Shown here piece after piece: positions 25,891 to 26,983 of a DNA stretch of 26,983 bases. The position numbers and the translations under genes are program-made. Location: positions 1-26,983 of the forward strand of contig JBIJBT010000033.1 of the NCBI GenBank assembly GCA_044345055.1, given 5' to 3'. This DNA comes from Bdellovibrionota bacterium (GTDB lineage: Bacteria; Bdellovibrionota_C; UBA2361; OMIW01). The notes under the pieces are model-generated. The model saw only the letters and a program-made list of their open reading frames with translations. It did not search any database and was not told the origin of the DNA. How positions within the stretch are numbered: position 1 is the first letter of the stretch; each line of letters starts with the position of its first letter.

Positions 25891-26983
25891 ATGCCGATTC
25901 TCCGAATTTTATTCTTCGCACTCCTTGCTTTAGGAATACCAATTCCCGCTGAAGCGGAGGCTCGACTAATTTATGGAGTTCCGTTCGGACTCACCTCGCT
26001 GGAGCAGGTTTCAGATGGCATTTATCAGGTCGAGGTAATGGGGCGAACCGAGATAGTGCCGGCAGCAAAGATAGATCAGCTAGTCTTTGATGCGTATTTC
26101 GACTCACCTCTTGCGAAAACAGCCGCGCCTCTGCCAGGCCTCTCAGGGGGTCTTTTAAAAGATGTCGTGCTCGAAGCTGCGCGCCGAGGGGAGGTAAAAA
26201 ACAGCTTAATTGCGCTAAAAAAACTTGTGCTACAGATCGATGTTAAGTCGAGTGAGACTGTAGCGCTTTTACATGAACTGACTGGAATACCCGGTAGAGA
26301 AGTAGTTCATCAATTCCTTCAGGAGAGGGACGCCCTCATTCTTCAGCCCGCGGCGCTGGCTCCGTTGCTTATCAAGCTTCTTTCTGACGATGCTCAATTT
26401 CTTCGGATTTCGGCGAGGGATCTGATGGAGAGAGTTCTCGGTGCGATGAGGCGGCGATTTGTATCTGAAGAGTTGGCTGAGATGCTGCGAGAGCCGGCCA
26501 AGGCCGATGATAGGAGCCAATTAAGCGATTTTTACGCGAAAGTTTATGGTTTTACCGATGACGGTAGACTCGATCTTGAATTGCTAAGGGAGGAAATTTC
26601 CTTTATCTGGAATGGAGTCCGAAGCAACAATTTGACATCTTTAGCAGTCGTTCCACTTTTAATTGAACAGGCACAGGGGGTGCTCTTACCGGAAGACGCC
26701 GGTTTAACGCAGTCGTTTCTTTTAAAATTGGCTCGTGAGTTGGAGCTACTTGGTAAGTTTGATGAGTCTGTTGGATTGCTCGTCAGCATCCCGTTCGATC
26801 GAAGAACTCCTATCCTTCACCAAGCTCTAGCAACATCCATAGAAGCTCTGGTTCCAAGCGAAAATTCAGTGCTGATCGACAGCGCTTCACGAGCGGCACT
26901 CTTCAATTATGGTCTCGTCGATGAACGTTTAAAGGTAGCACTCGAAACCGCCTCAACTAAGTTTATCGCCTTTCTTCTCCAGC
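25891..26983 (+). CDS. Hypothetical exported, largely alpha-helical protein (3'-truncated; absent from the ORF track)
   Basis: Translated by hand: MPILRILFFALLALGIPIPAEA-EARLIYGVPFG..., with no stop through the window end (364 codons). The frame is also open upstream to ATG 25735. Confidence 0.75.
   Translation, partial: MPILRILFFALLALGIPIPAEAEARLIYGVPFGLTSLEQVSDGIYQVEVMGRTEIVPAAKIDQLVFDAYFDSPLAKTAAPLPGLSGGLLKDVVLEAARRGEVKNSLIALKKLVLQIDVKSSETVALLHELTGIPGREVVHQFLQERDALILQPAALAPLLIKLLSDDAQFLRISARDLMERVLGAMRRRFVSEELAEMLREPAKADDRSQLSDFYAKVYGFTDDGRLDLELLREEISFIWNGVRSNNLTSLAVVPLLIEQAQGVLLPEDAGLTQSFLLKLARELELLGKFDESVGLLVSIPFDRRTPILHQALATSIEALVPSENSVLIDSASRAALFNYGLVDERLKVALETASTKFIAFLLQ

Overview
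A gene-dense bacterial chromosomal window, almost entirely on the + strand, dominated by cell-envelope functions. Protein families and gene order look deltaproteobacterial (Bdellovibrionota/Myxococcota/Desulfobacterota-like; inference only). In order: the 3' end of a GldA-like ABC ATPase, a GldF-like permease, a GldG-like auxiliary protein, a DUF4340 protein, PBP1A, a cyclophilin-like protein (- strand) lacking the catalytic Arg, a membrane-anchored VWA protein coupled to a coiled-coil protein, mpl, an orphan ORF, priA (- strand), and a type IV pilus pilM-pilN-pilO-pilQ cluster. That cluster has no pilP, encodes a PilQ with a lipobox, and is followed by two apparently paralogous Cys/Gly-rich lipoproteins and a terminator. 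Then come a small TPR protein, accB, accC, a DUF1573 protein and a 3'-truncated exported protein missing from the ORF track. No rRNA, tRNA, CRISPR array or mobile element was recognised. The best candidates for something undescribed are the PilP-less secretin plus twin-lipoprotein module and an apparent compensated frameshift across the cyclophilin's catalytic His-Arg. All calls come from motif recognition by eye; no database searches were run.
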